DNA from: an uncultured Bacteroidota bacterium
GTDB lineage: Bacteria; Bacteroidota; Bacteroidia; Chitinophagales; Chitinophagaceae
NCBI GenBank assembly: GCA_903831935.1
Contig: CAIKZP010000031.1
Span: 10,401-74,400 of the forward strand
DNA: 64,000 nucleotides
Direction of reading: 5' to 3'
Shown: piece by piece, positions 36,377 through 46,362 of the stretch
Layout: each line of letters starts with the position of its first letter
Position numbering within the stretch: the first letter of the stretch is position 1
Position numbers and translations under genes: made by a program
The notes under the pieces: generated by a model
Databases searched by the model: none
Told to the model about the DNA's origin: nothing
The model's input: the letters and a program-made list of their open reading frames with translations, nothing else

Positions 36377-37264
36377 ATGTTCCTAGATTTCAAACAACTT
36401 AGCGCATCTGAAAAACAATCCTGGTTAAATAGTGCCATTGGCCCTAGACCTATTTGTTTTGCTAGTACCATGGATGCCAATGGTCAAGTAAATCTGGCAC
36501 CGTTTAGTTATTTTAATTTATTCTCTAGCAATCCGCCAATAGTTATTTTTTCTCCCTTAAAATCTGCCAACCAAAACCCTTTAAAACATACCCTACAAAA
36601 CGTAATTGAACACCCAGAATGTGTGATTAATTTGGTTGACTATTCAATGGTTGCGCAAATGAGTTTAAGTAGTTGTGCGTATCCAAAAGCGATTGATGAA
36701 TTTACAAAATCTGGATTTACAAAAGCAGCGGCCACAATGGTGCAACCCCCATTAGTGAAAGAAGCAAAAATTCAATTGGAATGTAAGGTGATTGAAATAA
36801 AAAGTTTGGGCGATGGGCCAGGCGCAGGCCAATTAGTTATTGCAGAAGTATTGTGTATGCATGTAGCAGAAAGCATTTTAGGAAATGATAAAAAAATCAA
36901 TCCAGCACAATTAAACTTGGTGGCGCGCTTGGGTGGCGATTGGTATTGCAAAGTAGATGCGTTTAATTTATTTGAAATAAACAAACCAAACAAACAACTC
37001 GGTATGGGGATCGATCAATTACCAGAAGGCATACGCAATAGCCAAATTTTAACAGGCAACCACTTAGGCTTGTTAGCCAATTACCACGAACTGCCTGCAG
37101 TTGACCCTGCATTTAATGACGAGCGATTAAAAAATATTATCCAATACTATGGCATTAGCCCTACAGAAATGGAAAGAGAATTGCACCTATACGCAGCTGA
37201 ATTATTAAATGACAATCGTATAGAAACTGCTTGGCAAATTTTAATTTCGTTAGAAAACGTATAA
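36377..37264 (+). CDS. Flavin reductase-like (FMN-binding split-barrel) protein
   Basis: 'RPICFASTMDANGQVNLAPFSYFN' is typical of the flavin reductase-like domain. Confidence 0.65.
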   Translation: MFLDFKQLSASEKQSWLNSAIGPRPICFASTMDANGQVNLAPFSYFNLFSSNPPIVIFSPLKSANQNPLKHTLQNVIEHPECVINLVDYSMVAQMSLSSCAYPKAIDEFTKSGFTKAAATMVQPPLVKEAKIQLECKVIEIKSLGDGPGAGQLVIAEVLCMHVAESILGNDKKINPAQLNLVARLGGDWYCKVDAFNLFEINKPNKQLGMGIDQLPEGIRNSQILTGNHLGLLANYHELPAVDPAFNDERLKNIIQYYGISPTEMERELHLYAAELLNDNRIETAWQILISLENV

Positions 37265-37270
37265 AGCATT

Positions 37271-37969
37271 CTACAAATCACCCAATTGAGGGCGCATTAC
37301 AATATCTTCTACCACAGCTTGTGGCGATAATTGTGATGCTGCAAATACCATTTTAGCAATATCTGCTGCTTCCATAATTCGTTTAGGATCTATTTCAAAA
37401 CCATCCCAACTTGCACTTAGTGTTGCGCCTGGAGAGACCGCTGTTACTTTAATACCGTGTGGTTTTAATTCTTCACGCAAGTTTTTACTGAATCCTAATA
37501 ATGCAAATTTTGTTATACTATAAGATCCACCATTGGCATAGGCATTCAAAGAAGCAATAGAACAGATATTAAAAATATGCCCAGTTTTTGCAGCAATCAT
37601 TGTTGGCAACACTGCGCGTGTTAAGTGATAAGCACTATAGACATTCACCGCCATTAAATCTTCTAAAATGCCATCGGCTTCATTATGAATACTGCCTGGA
37701 ACAAATTGTCCTGCATTATTAATCAAAATATCGGGTGCACCAAATTGTAAACACCAATTGCCAAATTCAATGGCTGCTGTTTTATTGGAAAGGTCTGCAG
37801 CTTTTGCTTTAACAGCTGCTTGCGGATACTCGGTTATTAATTCTGCTACCAAAGCATATAAATCCATTTCATTTCTACTACACACCAATAATTGGTGTCC
37901 TGCTGCAGCAAATTGTTGGGCAATGGCTTTTCCCATTCCTTTTGTAGCACCTGTAATAATTACATTCAT
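37271..37969 (-). CDS. SDR family oxidoreductase
   Basis: ATG 37969 gives 'MNVIITGATKGMGKAIA' (TGxxxGxG), then 'NNAG' and 'YSITKFAL' (YxxxK). Confidence 0.85.
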   Translation of the reverse strand: MNVIITGATKGMGKAIAQQFAAAGHQLLVCSRNEMDLYALVAELITEYPQAAVKAKAADLSNKTAAIEFGNWCLQFGAPDILINNAGQFVPGSIHNEADGILEDLMAVNVYSAYHLTRAVLPTMIAAKTGHIFNICSIASLNAYANGGSYSITKFALLGFSKNLREELKPHGIKVTAVSPGATLSASWDGFEIDPKRIMEAADIAKMVFAASQLSPQAVVEDIVMRPQLGDL

Positions 37970-38037
37970 AACGCAACTAGTTTGAAATGCAAAGGTCGAA
38001 CATTTTGGCCAATCATATAAGTTCGTATTTTGCAGCC

Positions 38038-38733
38038 ATGCAATACCGTCATTTATTTTTCGACCTCGACCATACACTTTGGGATTTTGAAACCAATTCC
38101 AAGGAAACTTTGAATGATTTATTCCATAACAACCTACTTATTAATAGAGGCATAACGGATTTTGAAAGTTTTTTTGCCCATTACACCCACCACAATCATC
38201 GACTTTGGGATCGATACACCAAAGGCTTTATTAAGCAAGACGAACTGCGCTGGAAACGGATGTGGCTGGCTTTATTAGAATTTAAAATAGCCGACGAACC
38301 TTTGGCAAAAAAATTATCAGTTGAGTTTTTAAATATCCTTCCAAGTAAAAAAAGACTCTTTCCTTATACGATTGAAATTTTGAACTACTTACAAAATAAA
38401 AACTACGTACTGCACTTAGTTACCAATGGTTTTGAATCGGTGCAACACAATAAACTTCGCGAGAGTAATTTAACAAGTTATTTCAATCAGGTAATTACTT
38501 CAGAAGCGAGCAATAGCCTAAAGCCTCATAAAGAAATATTCGATTACGCACTACTTAAAGCAGGCGCAAGTTTATCGGAAAGCATTATGATTGGAGATAA
38601 CCAAGCAGCAGATATACAAGGTGGCATTAACGCAGGAATGGACACGATTTTTGTGAACCATTTAAAAATTATTCCTACTGTAAAAGCAACTTATACTATT
38701 GAGCACCTAAAAGAATTGGAAGGCATTTTTTAA
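38038..38733 (+). CDS. HAD-superfamily hydrolase, YjjG-like nucleotidase subfamily
   Basis: ATG 38038 gives 'MQYRHLFFDLDHTLWDF' (DxDxT motif I), then 'VTNG', 'KP' and 'IGDNQAADIQGG' (motif IV). Confidence 0.75.
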   Translation: MQYRHLFFDLDHTLWDFETNSKETLNDLFHNNLLINRGITDFESFFAHYTHHNHRLWDRYTKGFIKQDELRWKRMWLALLEFKIADEPLAKKLSVEFLNILPSKKRLFPYTIEILNYLQNKNYVLHLVTNGFESVQHNKLRESNLTSYFNQVITSEASNSLKPHKEIFDYALLKAGASLSESIMIGDNQAADIQGGINAGMDTIFVNHLKIIPTVKATYTIEHLKELEGIF

Positions 38734-38734
38734 A

Positions 38735-39391
38735 TTACCAAGTAGCCAATACTGTTACACCGCCTTTTACCACTTGGTTTAAAGCTACTTCTACTTTTGC
38801 AGTAATTGGTAATAGTAAGTCAACACGGCTACCAAATTTAATAAACCCGTATTCTTCGGTTTGTTTTACTTGTTGGCCAACCTTAGTATAATTACAAATG
38901 CGTTTGGCTAGTGCGCCAGCAATTTGTTTGTAGAGTATTTCTCCGTGTGGATTTTTTACCACCACGCTCCAACGTTCGTTTTCGGTAGATGATTTTGGGT
39001 GCCATGCAACCAAGTATTTTCCTTTATGGTATTGGTTATATACAATTTCTCCGTCTACAGGATTTCTATTCACGTGCACATTTGCAGGGCTCATAAAAAC
39101 ACTCAATTGAATACGTTTGTCCTTGAAATACTCACTATCAATCACTTCTTCAATAACCACTACTTTTCCATCTGCAGGACAAATAATTTGGTTGGCATTA
39201 ATGGTATGTACCCTACTAGGTATTCTAAAAAATGATACTAAAAATAAAAAGATACCTAGTGTTACAAAAAATACCACCAATGCACAGATAGGCATAGACT
39301 CGCTTAAAAAAGAAAATGAGGCTAGGTTAATAAGCCCAAAAATAAGTGCTGCAATACCAATTGTTTGGTATCCTTCTCTGTGAATAGTCAT
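38735..39391 (-). CDS. psd: Phosphatidylserine decarboxylase (short form)
   Basis: N-terminal TM helices, 'ICPADGKV' and 'KFGSRVDLLLP' (self-cleavage G-S motif). A TTG at 39412 is an alternative start. Confidence 0.8.
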   Translation of the reverse strand: MTIHREGYQTIGIAALIFGLINLASFSFLSESMPICALVVFFVTLGIFLFLVSFFRIPSRVHTINANQIICPADGKVVVIEEVIDSEYFKDKRIQLSVFMSPANVHVNRNPVDGEIVYNQYHKGKYLVAWHPKSSTENERWSVVVKNPHGEILYKQIAGALAKRICNYTKVGQQVKQTEEYGFIKFGSRVDLLLPITAKVEVALNQVVKGGVTVLATW

Positions 39392-39452
39392 TTGAAAATA
39401 ATTAGGTTGCAAATGTAATAGATGTTAAATACTTACAATCAATACTTGTTAA

Positions 39453-40325
39453 TTATAAAAACAAATAAACAAAAATCCAAACAAAGGGCGTTGCTACTAA
39501 TAATGAATCGAATCGGTCTAAAAACCCTCCATGACCAGGCATCATTTGTCCGCTATCTTTCACACCAGCCATTCGTTTGAGTTTACTTTCGAACAAATCG
39601 CCTACAGTTCCTATAATAGAACTCAATGCTGCCACAAAAATCAAGGGTTTAAAAGGCAATCCAAACCAAAAATTACCACCATATCCAACAATTAAAACCG
39701 ATAACACAACCCCAGTTACGGTGCCTTCCCAGGTTTTTTTGGGAGATACTTTTGATAACGGTGTTTTGCCAAAAATAGTACCTGCTAAATAGGCCATGGT
39801 ATCATTAATCCATATAGATACAATTAAAACCACGGGCAATATCCAACCAATTGACGGGTTAAATCCTTCCAATGCACGACCACGTAAAGCCAGCATTAAA
39901 GACCAACTCAAAGAAATATATAGTAAGCCCCCTAATAGAAATAAAATAGCATTGGCGCTAAGTTTTTTTCTAATCACCCATCCACCAATTACTAAAAATG
40001 GTAAGGCAAGTGCTATAAACCAACCGCCTAATTGTTGCAAAGAAATAGGTAAAAACGAAAGCGGATAAGTTTGTGGATCCAATAGCCAAAGCATGCCTCC
40101 AAAACCAACAAGCATTGTAGTAATTCGAATAAATGCTGGCACTTGTACAAATTTTTCATGAATCGATTCCACCAATCGATTGTATTCGAACCAGCAGCCA
40201 AAATGAATAACAGTAAATAACAATAAAAAACTCCATTGATTCCAAACCAATGCACCCACCATAATGCAGCCAAACACAATTGCACTAAGGGTTCTAGTTT
40301 TAAACGTTGCTAGGTTAAAAGCCAT
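39453..40325 (-). CDS. cdsA: Phosphatidate cytidylyltransferase
   Basis: 'SKLKRMAGVKDSGQMMPGHGGFLDRFDS' is the CDS signature. Polytopic membrane protein. Confidence 0.9.
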   Translation of the reverse strand: MAFNLATFKTRTLSAIVFGCIMVGALVWNQWSFLLLFTVIHFGCWFEYNRLVESIHEKFVQVPAFIRITTMLVGFGGMLWLLDPQTYPLSFLPISLQQLGGWFIALALPFLVIGGWVIRKKLSANAILFLLGGLLYISLSWSLMLALRGRALEGFNPSIGWILPVVLIVSIWINDTMAYLAGTIFGKTPLSKVSPKKTWEGTVTGVVLSVLIVGYGGNFWFGLPFKPLIFVAALSSIIGTVGDLFESKLKRMAGVKDSGQMMPGHGGFLDRFDSLLVATPFVWIFVYLFL

Positions 40326-40368
40326 ACTATTTATTTTATTGGTGGAAGAAAATTACTTGAAGTAACCA

Positions 40369-41286
40369 CTAATCTATTGCTACACTATTTGCGGTATGCA
40401 ATATGGTTGTTTCTTTTTTTAAAGCCTGCAATAAATATACTACTGCAAAAATAGCCAATAATCCCCACCATATTGGCATGTTTTCGTCCATGGTTTTTTC
40501 AATATTTTTTCCGCGGATAGATGCTAGATAAAGTTGTGTTACAATCATGCCATTATAAAAAAAATGCATCAAAATATTTAGCCAAATATTTCTTCCAAAA
40601 TAAAAAACATAGCCCAATACCATTCCCAAACCAACTCTTGGTAAAAATCCAAAAAACGAAAAATGAATTGCGCTAAATAGTATACTAGTAATTAAAATAC
40701 CCAGAAAAACATTTTTGGCCCATCCCACAAAAATCTGCTGAAACCCGCCCCTGAAAAGCACTTCCTCAAATAAGGCAGGGCAAAAAGCCATCACTAATAA
40801 GGCAATTAAATAGTCGGTAAAAGAATGCATGGCTGCCATAGACAACATGGTTTCTTTGTACAAATTTTCCATTTCTCTTGCCTTAATTAACCATTTAGCA
40901 GGCAGCCATATAGACTCGTTTAATTCACCGAGTGCGCCACTTAATAATAAACCAGTAAACGCCAATAACACCACCAATAATACTTGCTTGAGTGCTATTT
41001 TAGAACGAAACTGCAAATGCTGAAAAGGATGATTATTTAAAATTTTGGCCAAAACAATGGCTGGAATACAAAAAACTATCAAGGAAGCAAGTGAATTCAA
41101 TAATTGCGCAATCCGCATATAGCCAGGCTTAGTAAGCAATGCGGGCACCTGTTTCATGGGTACGTGCATCAAGTTTGCACCAAGACCTAATATCAATAAA
41201 TTTCCTACAATCATGCCTATTCCTAGTAAAGACAATAGTAGGGCAAACTGCATGGGAAATGATAGTTGTGTTTTCTGTTGCATCAA
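40369..41286 (-). CDS. CPBP family intramembrane glutamic endopeptidase (CAAX protease-like)
   Basis: 'EEVLFRGGF' (EExxxR), 'FSAIHF' and 'HFFYN' motifs in a polytopic protein. Confidence 0.8.
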   Translation of the reverse strand: MMQQKTQLSFPMQFALLLSLLGIGMIVGNLLILGLGANLMHVPMKQVPALLTKPGYMRIAQLLNSLASLIVFCIPAIVLAKILNNHPFQHLQFRSKIALKQVLLVVLLAFTGLLLSGALGELNESIWLPAKWLIKAREMENLYKETMLSMAAMHSFTDYLIALLVMAFCPALFEEVLFRGGFQQIFVGWAKNVFLGILITSILFSAIHFSFFGFLPRVGLGMVLGYVFYFGRNIWLNILMHFFYNGMIVTQLYLASIRGKNIEKTMDENMPIWWGLLAIFAVVYLLQALKKETTILHTANSVAID

Positions 41287-41398
41287 TTCTAAAATATAGG
41301 ATGTAAATTTGCCTTTTTTATAGCATTTAGCTGCAAGTTAATGGATAAAGCGTAGCCTTTGCCAACCGCGGCCGAACAAAACAGGAAGTATCAATAGT

Positions 41399-42436
41399 AT
41401 GGTTACAATAGGCAATATCGTGTTACCCGATTTCCCCTTATTACTCGCGCCAATGGAAGATGTGAGTGACCCACCCTTTCGAGCAGTTTGCAAAGACAAT
41501 GGTGCCGACCTTATGTATACCGAATTTATTAGTAGCGAAGGGCTTATTCGAGATGCCATGAAAAGCCGTCAAAAGCTAGATATTTTCGATTATGAAAGAC
41601 CTATTGGCATTCAAATATTTGGGGGAGATGAAGATGCTATGGCACTCAGCGCCCGTATTGTAGACACTGTAAACCCCGATTTATTAGACATTAATTTTGG
41701 TTGTCCAGTAAAAAAAGTAGTGAGTAAAGGCGCAGGTGCAGGTGTATTAAAAGACCTAGACCTAATGGTTCGATTAACCGAAGCAGTCGTACGAAGCACC
41801 AAATTACCTGTAACGGTTAAAACCCGTTTGGGCTGGGATGATAGTAGTTTAAATATTGAAGAAGTAGCCGAAAGACTACAAGATGCAGGCATTAAAGCCT
41901 TGGCCATTCACGGAAGAACTCGCGCCCAATTATACAAAGGTCATTCAGATTGGTCCTTGATTGCCAAAGTAAAAAACAACCCCCGGATTAATATACCCAT
42001 TTTTGGAAATGGCGATATTAACTCCCCACAAAAAGCGGCGCAGTACAAAGAAAGATACGGCGTTGATGGAATTATGATAGGCAGAGCCGCTATTGGTTAC
42101 CCTTGGATATTTAGAGAGATTAAACACTATGCAAAAACGGGTGAATTAATGGCACCCCCAACACTAGAAGAAAGAATTATTGTTTGCAAAAAACATTTGC
42201 ACAAATCTTTTGAATGGAAAGGACCAATTGCTGGCATTAATGAAATGCGTAGGCACTATACCAATTACCTAAAAGGCCTACCCAATATAAAAGAATTCAG
42301 AAGTAAATTAGTTACGCTTACAACTGTTGAAGAAATTGAAGCGGTATTAGATGAATTATACAAATACTACCAAGGCTATACATTTGAAAGATCAACCATT
42401 GAGTTAATCAATTATCACGAAAAATGTCCTGTTTAA
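41399..42436 (+). CDS. dusB: tRNA dihydrouridine synthase B
   Basis: 'LLAPMEDVSDPPFR', 'INFGCPVKKV', 'VTVKTRLGWD', 'LAIHGRTR' and 'GNGDI'. Confidence 0.9.
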   Translation: MVTIGNIVLPDFPLLLAPMEDVSDPPFRAVCKDNGADLMYTEFISSEGLIRDAMKSRQKLDIFDYERPIGIQIFGGDEDAMALSARIVDTVNPDLLDINFGCPVKKVVSKGAGAGVLKDLDLMVRLTEAVVRSTKLPVTVKTRLGWDDSSLNIEEVAERLQDAGIKALAIHGRTRAQLYKGHSDWSLIAKVKNNPRINIPIFGNGDINSPQKAAQYKERYGVDGIMIGRAAIGYPWIFREIKHYAKTGELMAPPTLEERIIVCKKHLHKSFEWKGPIAGINEMRRHYTNYLKGLPNIKEFRSKLVTLTTVEEIEAVLDELYKYYQGYTFERSTIELINYHEKCPV

Positions 42437-43125
42437 TTTTTTGCTGCAACACTAGCTGTTTCAATAGCAGCAATCACTTGTGTATCTAAAGGCGAAATTG
42501 TTTGCGGAAAAAAATGTGTTAGTACCCCATTTTCATTCACCAAATATTTACAAAAATTCCAAACAGGCGCTTGGTTGCACCAACCATTTTTTGAATTATT
42601 CGATAACCAATCAAAAATTTGATTTTGTTCAGCGCCTTTTATTACAACTGATTTTTTAGCCAAGAAAAAACTAACACCATAATTTATTTTACAAAATTCA
42701 GCAATAGCGGAGTCGCCTTTTTTTTCTTGCCCTTTAAAATCATTTGCAGGAAATCCAATAATAATTAAATCATTTAAATACTGTTGGTGCAATTTTTCTA
42801 ACTCGGCATATTGACCTGTAAAACCACAATCACTTGCGGTGTTCACCAATAATATTTTTTTTCCTTTGAATTGGTTTAAAACTATTTCAGTGCCATTATT
42901 CAGCGTAATTTTTTGAGCAAAAAAATCAACTAGCGGCAATTTATTGTCTGTATTTGTTTGTATAGATTTTTGCGCGCCAAACATTTTTCCTGGTAACATA
43001 ATTACTGGATACATGGCTTTTAAAATAGACTGTCTATAACTCATATCTTTCTTTTTTAATAATAAACTCCCTCCACCAAAAATGAGTAAGCCAATGATAA
43101 TAGTTTTCATAATTTTTTTTGTCAT
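42433..43125 (-). CDS. Glutathione peroxidase family protein with N-terminal membrane anchor
   Basis: 'LLVNTASDCGFTGQY' (peroxidatic Cys), 'GFPANDFKGQE' and 'WNFCKYLV'. The N-terminal TM is 'IIIGLLIFGGGSLLL'. Confidence 0.75.
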   Translation of the reverse strand: MTKKIMKTIIIGLLIFGGGSLLLKKKDMSYRQSILKAMYPVIMLPGKMFGAQKSIQTNTDNKLPLVDFFAQKITLNNGTEIVLNQFKGKKILLVNTASDCGFTGQYAELEKLHQQYLNDLIIIGFPANDFKGQEKKGDSAIAEFCKINYGVSFFLAKKSVVIKGAEQNQIFDWLSNNSKNGWCNQAPVWNFCKYLVNENGVLTHFFPQTISPLDTQVIAAIETASVAAKN

Positions 43126-43129
43126 TGTA

Positions 43130-44509
43130 TTAGCGAATTAACCATTTAAACAACCAAAGTTTTCCTTTAAATGGCGGATATTTCATTGCAGGATCAAACC
43201 AAGTAGGCGTTTTCATCACTGCTTTTTTATGACTGAAAGTATCCATAGAATATTTGCCATGATAAGCACCTGTACCACTAAACCCTCTTCCGCCAAAAGG
43301 CAAGCTATGATTGGTTAAATGCCAACTTGCATTGTTTACACAAGCCCCGCCAGAAGGCACTGCTTGCAACCATTCGTTTTCTTTTTCAACGCTTTGGGTA
43401 AATACATAAAAGGCCAAAGGATTGGGATGTTTTGCAATAATCGCTTTCGCTTCGTCCATCGTATTAAAACTAATAATTGGCAAGATGGGTCCAAAAATTT
43501 CGTCCTGCATAATGCTAGCGTTGTCTACTAAATTATCTATCAAACAAGGTTCAATAAATAATTTTTCGCGATCGGTTCTGCCGCCATATAAAATGCGTCC
43601 TTGATTTTGGTAAGCAACTAGTCTGTCAAATTGTTTGTGGTTGATAATCTTCCCAAAATTTTCACTGTCTTCTGCACGATCACCAAAAAATTGTTGAATG
43701 CTTTTACGCATGGCATTAACTAAAGCATCTTTTACAGATGCATGCACCAATACATAATCAGGCGCCACACACATTTGGCCTGCATTAGAAAACTTAGTCA
43801 TCATAATACGTTTGGCACTCACTTCAATATTAGCATCTGCTTCAACCACGCAAGGACTCTTGCCGCCAAGCTCTAAAGTAACTGGCACCAATTTTTCGGC
43901 TGCCATTTTGTAAATAATTTTTCCAACCATGGTACTACCTGTGTAAAAAACATGGTCGAACCTAGTTTGCTCCATCATTTCAGGAATCACTTTTGCGCCA
44001 TCTCCTGGCACATATAAAACATATTCTGCGGGAAAAATAGCTGTAATCATTTTTTGCATCAAGGCCTCGGTGGCTGGCGCAAATTCACTAGGTTTTAATA
44101 CCACACAATTCCCTGCAGCAATTGCACCAATCAATGGTGTAATTAATAATTGAAAAGGATAATTCCAAGGACCAATAATTAATACCAAACCCAAGGGCTC
44201 GCGAAAAATACGACTGCTCGATGGCATGTTTAATAAATTGGTTGATACCGATGTTGGTTCCATCCAATGTTTTAAATTAGCCAATGCATCATTAAGTTCG
44301 GCCATGGTAAAACCATTTTCAGTAGCCCAACATTCTTCCTTACTTTTTTTAAGGTCTGAAAATAGTGCCGTATAAATTTCTTCCTCGTAATCTATTATTG
44401 CTTGTTTTAAAGCCAATAATTGTTTTTTTCTAAACGCGTAAGATTGTGTTGCACCAGACTCGTGAAAGCGGCGCATAGCAGAAAGTTGTTGCTCTAAATT
44501 AGCTGACAT
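43130..44509 (-). CDS. Aldehyde dehydrogenase (ALDH3-like, NAD(P)+)
   Basis: 'LELGGKSPCVV' (catalytic Glu), 'NAGQMCVAPDY' (catalytic Cys) and 'GPWNYP'. Confidence 0.85.
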   Translation of the reverse strand: MSANLEQQLSAMRRFHESGATQSYAFRKKQLLALKQAIIDYEEEIYTALFSDLKKSKEECWATENGFTMAELNDALANLKHWMEPTSVSTNLLNMPSSSRIFREPLGLVLIIGPWNYPFQLLITPLIGAIAAGNCVVLKPSEFAPATEALMQKMITAIFPAEYVLYVPGDGAKVIPEMMEQTRFDHVFYTGSTMVGKIIYKMAAEKLVPVTLELGGKSPCVVEADANIEVSAKRIMMTKFSNAGQMCVAPDYVLVHASVKDALVNAMRKSIQQFFGDRAEDSENFGKIINHKQFDRLVAYQNQGRILYGGRTDREKLFIEPCLIDNLVDNASIMQDEIFGPILPIISFNTMDEAKAIIAKHPNPLAFYVFTQSVEKENEWLQAVPSGGACVNNASWHLTNHSLPFGGRGFSGTGAYHGKYSMDTFSHKKAVMKTPTWFDPAMKYPPFKGKLWLFKWLIR

Positions 44510-44778
44510 ATAAAAAAATTAAGAAGTAATCATTTTAAAAACAAAACAAGTTAGTCTTTGTTGACTACTTGGTAAAATACCCACTAAAATTTTAGTTGTT
44601 TTTTGGTTGTTAATGGCTAAAAAAAGAAATAGTAATTTTTAATGTAAATAATCACCAAATATGTCACAAAAATTATAAATTCATTCCTCAATTGAAAGCC
44701 TACAAACCTTCAATTGAACACTTAATTGTGTTATTCCAATGATTATCAGCTAGCAAAATGTAAAAAAGACATTTAAAA

Positions 44779-46239
44779 ATGAAAAAAAACGAAACACCCA
44801 ACAACAACCGCCGCGGATTTATTCGCAATAGTGCACTAGCATTAGCAGGATTTACCATTGTGCCTCGTCACGTTTTAGGCAGAGGATTTATTGCACCTAG
44901 CGATAAATTACAAGTTGCCGGAATTGGTGCAGGTGGAAAAGGAGAATCTGATCTTTGGAATTTTTACCAAAGTGGCAAAGCAGATATTGCTTTTTTGTGC
45001 GATGTAGATGAGCGCCAAACCGCCAAAAGCCGTAGCCGTTATCCTAATGCAAAAATTTACAAAGACTATCGCGAAATGTTAGATAAAGAGCACAAACATA
45101 TTGATGCTTGTTCTGTATCTACACCAGACCATATGCACGCTGTAATGGCCATGGCTGCTATGCAACTTAAAAAACACGTGTACGTTCAAAAACCATTAAC
45201 GCATGATATTTATGAGGCGCGTATGGTAACAAAAGCGGCACATACCAATAAAGTGGTTACACAAATGGGTAACCAAGGATCGTCTGGAGACGGCGTTCGT
45301 CAATTAGTAGAGTGGCATAATGCTGGTTTAGTAGGTGATGTACATACCGTTTACTGTTTTACCGACAGACCAGTTTGGCCACAAGGTATTCCTTGGGCTA
45401 AAGAAAAGTCTGCTATTCCAAAAGAACTTGATTGGGATCTTTGGCAAGGAACTGCTCCTGCTAAAGATTATGTAGAAGGATTATTGCCATTTAACTGGCG
45501 CGGATGGTGGGATTACGGTACCGGCGCATTAGGCGATATGGCTTGTCATATTATGGCTCCTGTATTTGCTGTGCTAGGACTAGGTTATCCTGATTCAGCA
45601 GAATGTAGCGTTGCAACACGCTATGTTGCCAACTGGACAAAAGCAGCTTACCCAGAAAGTGGACCTGTTGCCTCTCATATCATTCTTACTTTTAAAGGTA
45701 AAGATGGTAAACCAGATGTAAAATTACATTGGATGGATGGCGGTATTCAACCAGAACGTCCAGAAGAATTAGGACCTAACGAAAAAATGGGTGATCGCGA
45801 CGGAAGTAACGGTGTTATTTTCATTGGATCTAAAGGAAAAATGATGTGTGGAACATACGGAATGTACCCGCAATTATTACCTACCGAAAGAACCAAAACA
45901 ATCATTGTACCACAAACACTTGCACGTGTTCCAAAAGGAGCAGATGGTCACTATGCTGCATGGGTTGAAGCAGCGATTGCTGGCTATGGTTCCGATAAAG
46001 CAAAAAATCTTAGTTCGCATTTTGATATTGCCGGACCACTTACTGAAAGTATCTTGATGGGTAATTTAGCTATTCGTAGTTACGACCTTGAACAGAAAAA
46101 TGCAAAAGGTGGTATGGATCATCCAGGTCGTTTTATCAAATTACTTTGGGATGGCCCGAACATGAAAATTACCAATTTCGACGATGCCAACCAGTTCGTA
46201 AAACGTACATACAGAGACGGCTGGAGCTTAGGCGTATAA
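44779..46239 (+). CDS. Tat-exported Gfo/Idh/MocA family oxidoreductase
   Basis: 'NNRRGFIRNSALALAGFTIV' Tat signal, Rossmann 'VAGIGAGGKG' and 'EKPL' ('YVQKPLTH'). Confidence 0.8.
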   Translation: MKKNETPNNNRRGFIRNSALALAGFTIVPRHVLGRGFIAPSDKLQVAGIGAGGKGESDLWNFYQSGKADIAFLCDVDERQTAKSRSRYPNAKIYKDYREMLDKEHKHIDACSVSTPDHMHAVMAMAAMQLKKHVYVQKPLTHDIYEARMVTKAAHTNKVVTQMGNQGSSGDGVRQLVEWHNAGLVGDVHTVYCFTDRPVWPQGIPWAKEKSAIPKELDWDLWQGTAPAKDYVEGLLPFNWRGWWDYGTGALGDMACHIMAPVFAVLGLGYPDSAECSVATRYVANWTKAAYPESGPVASHIILTFKGKDGKPDVKLHWMDGGIQPERPEELGPNEKMGDRDGSNGVIFIGSKGKMMCGTYGMYPQLLPTERTKTIIVPQTLARVPKGADGHYAAWVEAAIAGYGSDKAKNLSSHFDIAGPLTESILMGNLAIRSYDLEQKNAKGGMDHPGRFIKLLWDGPNMKITNFDDANQFVKRTYRDGWSLGV

Positions 46240-46258
46240 TTTATTGTTTATCATTTAC

Positions 46259-46298
46259 AAAAGAGACTGCTCGTAAAGAGTCGGTCTCTTTTTTTTTA
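46259..46298 (+). terminator. Rho-independent terminator
   Basis: 'AAGAGAC..(16 nt)..GTCTCTT' followed by T8. Confidence 0.7.
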
Positions 46299-46362
46299 AT
46301 GAATTGAATACAGCAGTATTTTTAGCCGTATTTTTATCTTCTTCTGAACCAATTAATGAATT

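Noticed and set aside
41338-41559. 73-aa minus-strand ORF overlapping the dusB start.
   Set aside because: It is antisense to the highly conserved DusB N-terminus (LLAPMEDVSDPPFR), so it is a shadow ORF.
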